IMG/VR virus record: IMGVR_UViG_3300031836_000027 | Location: 1 to 41,234 of that record | Origin: a virus | Taxonomy: Duplodnaviria > Caudoviricetes | Strand: one strand, 5' to 3' | DNA length: 41,234 nucleotides | Part shown: positions 37,281 through 41,234 of the stretch, piece by piece | Position numbering within the stretch: position 1 is the stretch's first letter | How the letters are laid out: the number at the start of each line of letters is the position of its first letter | Notes under the pieces: model-generated | Databases searched by the model: none | Seen by the model: the letters and a program-made list of their open reading frames with translations, nothing else | Told to the model about the DNA's origin: nothing | Made by a program: the position numbers and the translations under genes

Positions 37281-38474
37281 ATGGCAGTTAAAACAAATAC
37301 AGAAGTTAATGGAAACAAATACTATAGGATAAGACTTTTAATTGGTTATGATAGCAGTGGTAAAAAAGTATTTAAAACATTCTACGGAAAAAGTAAACGA
37401 GAGGCTGAACTTAAAAGGGATGGATATAAACAAGACCTTAAAAATGGGATGAATGCTGATGCGGGAGAATTAACATTAAATCTTGCTTTTAAAGACTGGA
37501 TTTTTAACGTTATAATGCCGAGCGGAATTAAAATTAGTACTTTTGAAACCTATGAATCTATATATAGATTGTATATAAATGATTCAGAAATAGGAATTAA
37601 AAAAATTAAAGATATAAAATCTCACATGGTCCAAGCATATTTAAATAAACTTTTCAAGAATGGCAAGAAATATCCAATAATACTAAAGCTAACTAAATTG
37701 CTAAAAAGATTTTTTAATTATGAAATTGAAACTGATGTTATTATTAAAAATCCATGTTTTAGTATAAAGGTTCCAGGACAAATAAATTATCTAAAAGAAA
37801 AAAATACAAATGAGGTGCTTGTTTTTTCGCATAAGGAACGGGACATGATAATAGAGCATCTATATGGGACTGGTAGTAGAATTGCTAATATAGCATATTT
37901 GGGCTTTAGCCTCGGCATGAGAGAGGGTGAAATTCTTGCTTTATCCTGGAGTGACATTAATCAAGTTACTTGTGTATTAAGTATTAAAAAGTCTCTGCGC
38001 TATACAAAAGATTTTGACCATGAAGGTAAAAAAATTGGTGGAAGCATGAAGTTAACTATTCCAAAGACTATGTCGTCTTTCAGAGAAATAGAATTTACTG
38101 AAAATTTTAACGACATCTGGGAAAGAGCCAAGATCCAAAATACTAAAGATGCTCTTAAGGCAGGATCTAGTTTTAAAAATAAAGAAAATCTAGTGTTTAC
38201 AAATGCGCTTGGCGAACCGTTGCAAAAGAGATATGTAATAAGACAATGGCAGAAGGCGCTAGAAAGCTTAGAATTGATTTATAGACCATTTCATAATACT
38301 AGACACACATTTGTAACACACATGGCTATTGATGGTGTCCCTGAGTCTATTACGCAATCAATTATAGGACATAAGAAAGGTTCTGAGGTAACACATAAAA
38401 TTTATACTCACATAAATAGAGAAAGTACTAAAAAAGTATTAGAAAACTATAAAATCAATGTGCCTAATTTATAG
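37281..38474 (+). CDS. int: Tyrosine integrase
   Basis: GMREGEILAL, PKT, FHNTRHT, IGH, IYTH; ATG 37281 after AAGGAGG. Confidence 0.95.
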   Translation: MAVKTNTEVNGNKYYRIRLLIGYDSSGKKVFKTFYGKSKREAELKRDGYKQDLKNGMNADAGELTLNLAFKDWIFNVIMPSGIKISTFETYESIYRLYINDSEIGIKKIKDIKSHMVQAYLNKLFKNGKKYPIILKLTKLLKRFFNYEIETDVIIKNPCFSIKVPGQINYLKEKNTNEVLVFSHKERDMIIEHLYGTGSRIANIAYLGFSLGMREGEILALSWSDINQVTCVLSIKKSLRYTKDFDHEGKKIGGSMKLTIPKTMSSFREIEFTENFNDIWERAKIQNTKDALKAGSSFKNKENLVFTNALGEPLQKRYVIRQWQKALESLELIYRPFHNTRHTFVTHMAIDGVPESITQSIIGHKKGSEVTHKIYTHINRESTKKVLENYKINVPNL

Positions 38475-38487
38475 GTACATTGATTTT
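38451..38487. terminator. Hairpin terminator overlapping the integrase stop
   Basis: AAAATCAATGTGCCTA/TAGGTACATTGATTTT. Confidence 0.7.
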
Positions 38488-38527
38488 ATGTTTAACAGGT
38501 GGCTAATTGGTGGTTAATTAATCTTCA

Positions 38528-38560
38528 AAAAAGTAAAAAGCAGTCTAATAAAAGACTGCT
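38528..38560 (-). terminator. Terminator downstream of the att core
   Basis: AGCAGUCU/AGACUGCU stem with a U-rich tail on the minus strand. Confidence 0.7.
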
Positions 38561-38584
38561 ATACCGCACTGTTAGTGCATTCAT

Positions 38585-38627
38585 AAGTTAGTCGACCTGG
38601 TCTTTGACCCCACACTCGCCTTTTGTT
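38585..38627 (-). ncRNA. Candidate att core resembling the 3' end of clostridial 6S RNA (fragment)
   Basis: AACAAAAGGCGAGTGTGGGGTCAAAGACCAGGTCGACTAACTT; similarity recalled from memory, not searched. Confidence 0.6.
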
Positions 38628-38939
38628 CTTAATGTATTTATAGATGTAGATAAATCGCCTTTAACCTCCTGTATGAGCCGTTCTTATACTTATAGCTTGG
38701 TTTATAATTTGATTGTATTTTGTGACTAGGTGGCTAATTGGTGGCTAATTTATTTTATACATTCCATTTATCTCCACAGCTTAAACATACTGCTCTAGTT
38801 TTTTGGCAAGTTTCTCATTTTCTACACTGATAACTTTATCTACCTTTATTTCTGAAATGCTTTCATCCTTATTCTCAATTTCAAATCTTACAGGGTTTAT
38901 TTTTCCACTATTAAACGAAGTGGCTTTGAGAATACTGGA

Positions 38940-39632
<693 letters not shown>

Positions 39633-39643
39633 TTTATCACCTA

Positions 39644-40298
39644 CTAAAAAATTTCGTTTAAATCTTTATTATATTCTTTAATCTCTTCTAAGAATAGTCT
39701 ATATTTCTTTTCAAGTGAATTTGCATTTCCGTTGGTATTTGTTACAGACACATCTATATCTAAATTTAAAGTATTAATTTGTTCATCCAATCCATTTACA
39801 CTTATATTCACCTGATTAGGTAAAATCGAAAGTTTAATATTATGATCTAGTTTTTTTTACAGCAAACGATAAAAAACACACTTCACAACTAGATTTTATA
39901 CTATTTAGCTTATCATTTTCTATATTCAAAACACTGGTGATTTTTTTGTTTGCTTCAGATATTGTAGTATATGAATTCAAAGTTGTTACTCTTAATCCAA
40001 TTCTGTTTAAAAAATTAAAATTTAACAACTTAGAAATGCCTGTTAAATTTTCAATAATTTCTTTAAAACTAGTATAATCTAGTTCTTTTGTATTAAAATC
40101 AATTCCACATCTGTTAGCCCCCATATTTATGTGATGTTTTATTTTCGAATTCACAGCATCAATATTATCATTGAAAAAGTTCACCTGATATCCAAGTGTA
40201 CCTAAATAATTAATTAAACTACTAATAAACGTTTTATCAGAAAATTCAAGAACTTGATTATAACGAATTTCTAAAATAACTTTATATGACATACCCAT
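39644..40298 (-). pseudogene. TIGR04255-like protein, frameshifted at an A8 tract
   Basis: VILEIRY, NRIGLR; removing one A at 39851-39858 adds 68 codons containing LNLDIDV (217 aa in total). Confidence 0.65.
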
Positions 40299-40386
40299 AT
40301 TAAAACCTCCTAAACTATCTTAACTGTCTTTTATCCATTGATATGATTACATTCTACATTTTTTTATATTTTCCTCTTTTTTTATC

Positions 40387-40435
40387 AAAAAATAAATAAA
40401 GACCTGAAGCTAGATTTCTCTAACCTCAGGTCTTT
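40387..40435 (-). terminator. Terminator after the lysis genes
   Basis: 17-bp stem with GAAA loop and U-rich tail. Confidence 0.8.
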
Positions 40436-40437
40436 TA

Positions 40438-40902
40438 TTAATCTGATAAATTATTTTGTTTCCTATAAAATTCTAACTCTGCCGTTAAGTTCTCTATATC
40501 TTGTTTTCCACTATTATTAAAATTTTTAATATCTAGTGTAACCGGTTCATTGGTTTCTTCTGCATAACTTAATAAATTCACTTCTGGATCCTTTAATTTA
40601 GACTTAAGCCAAGTAACAGCATCTTCTATATATTTGTTAACTTCTTCTGTTGTAAAAAACAATCTTAATATAAGTGGTAATTTTAAATATAAAGTTGTTA
40701 TAACTTGACTATACTTTGCACTACCTGTTGCGCTACCCAGTTCTTTTTCAGCTTTCACTACCAAAGTATAGATTATCTCTTTAACCAGGTCTTTCTTACC
40801 CCTCTTATATAGGACCGCTAACACTGCAACCGCTACTATTACTAGCAGAGCATCTGACCAATATGTCAATAATAAAGCTTGTAAAAATATTAATATGTTC
40901 AT
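40438..40902 (-). CDS. Probable holin (single N-terminal transmembrane region)
   Basis: Hydrophobic N-terminus, LVVKAEKELGSATGSAK, YIEDAV; adjacent to the endolysin. Confidence 0.65.
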   Translation of the reverse strand: MNILIFLQALLLTYWSDALLVIVAVAVLAVLYKRGKKDLVKEIIYTLVVKAEKELGSATGSAKYSQVITTLYLKLPLILRLFFTTEEVNKYIEDAVTWLKSKLKDPEVNLLSYAEETNEPVTLDIKNFNNSGKQDIENLTAELEFYRKQNNLSD

Positions 40903-40915
40903 TTTATTACCTCCT

Positions 40916-41234
40916 CTAATCTAATGTAACAATGTTTTTTATACCCAATGCTTTTAATCTAGCAGCTTCTGCATCCGCATAACTTTTATGTGAAAATGCG
41001 CCAACTTGAATTTTGTAATAATGTCCGGCTGGTGCTATGACATCAATATTATCTTTGTCTACTTCTTTGACAATCTTTTTCTCGACAAAAGGAACTTTTA
41101 AATACTCGCATATTCCTCTTGCAATAATTTCGGCTAGTTTTTCTATGTTATTCATTATTAAAGTTGCGTCCTCTTTGTTGTCGTGGAACATCAGTTCTAA
41201 ATAAGCAGCCGTTGCAACAGTATGATTTAATTCA
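40916..41234 (-). CDS. Endolysin C-terminus (Amidase_3 end plus SPOR-like domain), truncated by window edge
   Basis: AAYLELMFHDN...IARGICEY; YKIQVGAFS. Confidence 0.85.
   Translation of the reverse strand, partial: ELNHTVATAAYLELMFHDNKEDATLIMNNIEKLAEIIARGICEYLKVPFVEKKIVKEVDKDNIDVIAPAGHYYKIQVGAFSHKSYADAEAARLKALGIKNIVTLD

Larger units (their letters stand above)
38498..38750. other. attP region with integrase arm-type repeats
   Basis: Tandem GGTGG(C/T)TAATT pairs at 38498-38519 and 38729-38750 flank a GC-richer core. Confidence 0.8.

Noticed and set aside
38570-38640. tRNA or tmRNA fragment as att core
   Set aside because: No T-arm (GTTCRA) or CCA end on either strand

Overview
AT-rich window covering most of one temperate siphophage genome, most likely from a Clostridium-type host. 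Nearly all genes are on the minus strand. Reading leftwards: lysis genes (40.4-41.2 kb), a two-gene accessory cassette, an intact attP, the integrase/ImmA/CI-Cro lysogeny module, an early recombination/replication module (sigma factor, AbrB, AAA ATPase, Bet, SSB, primase-helicase, initiator), an ArpU-like late activator, terminases, SPP1-like portal and head genes, and tail genes ending in a truncated distal tail gene. Phage genes flank an intact attP, so this is the excised or circular form. Main observations: (1) the tape measure gene is split by a 1,250-nt group I intron with a complete ribozyme core and an HNH ORF; (2) a small Mu-Com-like zinc-ribbon gene, missed by the ORF track, lies just upstream of a hairpin that buries the tape measure ribosome-binding site; (3) the attP core resembles the 3' end of clostridial 6S RNA; (4) there are accessory cassettes that may be defence or selfish modules (TIGR04255-like plus membrane-anchored coiled-coil pair; GIY-YIG/RHH divergon; membrane moron); (5) several frameshifts fall in simple repeats. 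Family assignments are from motif recognition by eye; no searches were run.
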